Source of the DNA: Geosiphon pyriformis uo1
Lineage: Eukaryota; Fungi; Glomeromycota
Length of the DNA: 64,000 nt
Direction: 5' to 3'
Assembly: GCA_016748015.1 (NCBI GenBank)
Contig: JAAOMT010000590.1
Location: 677,912-741,911, forward strand
Within the stretch, counting starts at the first letter, position 1, and the number at the start of each line of letters is the position of its first letter. Shown piece by piece: positions 63,621-64,000 of this stretch. The translations under genes were made by a program, and so were the position numbers. Below the pieces are notes generated by a model that did no database searches, was not told where the DNA came from, and saw nothing but the letters and a program-made list of their open reading frames with translations.

Positions 63621-64000
63621 GTATTTGGAAGGCTTGACAACATGACATTGTGCTATCTTCTATGCAATTATGCAAGTATGTGGAGAATCAAATTGACAGC
63701 CTTCATTATTGATCATCAGTTGGGGGTAAGAGGCAAAAAGTATCACAGATGCATTATCAAAATTAGGTTTTTTTTTACCGAGAATCTGTTATTTGCACTT
63801 AGAATTCTATAGTTGGATTAAAATCTTCATTTTTATAATTTGGCCACTTTTTATAATCTGAGGCACTTCATATAACATAAGACATCACACATGTCTGATT
63901 AGATATAAGGCAAAATGATGTTTAAGACATAACAGATACATTAACGTGTTATAAAAGCAAAATGCAATAAAAAGTGTATTCTTATTAACATGCTAAAAAA

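Overview
Eukaryotic, intron-rich, AT-rich fungal DNA. It is most likely Mucoromycota/Glomeromycotina; the repeat proteins recall Geosiphon-type elements, but that is inference from memory, not a database result. Left half: a decayed Fanzor2/TnpB-like RuvC nuclease relic (~340-970), then intact spliced genes for a DOT1-like H3K79 methyltransferase (+), LIS1/NudF/PAC1 (-), DNMT2/TRDMT1 (-), transketolase (+), an LCLAT1/AGPAT-like acyltransferase (+) and an intronless single-pass membrane protein (+) behind a long microsatellite-rich intergenic region. Right half (30.4-64 kb) is a transposon graveyard. It holds three co-oriented LINEs with APE-RT-RNaseH, an old LTR fragment cut by a CAGT-ended DNA-transposon end, and a full-length 10.2-kb Ty3/gypsy element with 4-bp TSD, PBS, dUTPase, Cys-rich accessory domains, an integrase in its own frame and a hidden 3' ORF. 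The strongest signal is repeat-directed C>T/G>A hypermutation. The two LTRs differ almost only by transitions (hand count 58 of 59 over ~660 bp), mostly outside CpG. TE ORFs are broken largely by stops rather than frameshifts, and sharply bounded ~90% AT blocks still hold recognisable TE ghosts. This looks like a RIP-like genome-defence process in an apparently non-Dikarya fungus. No rRNA, tRNA or CRISPR array was found.
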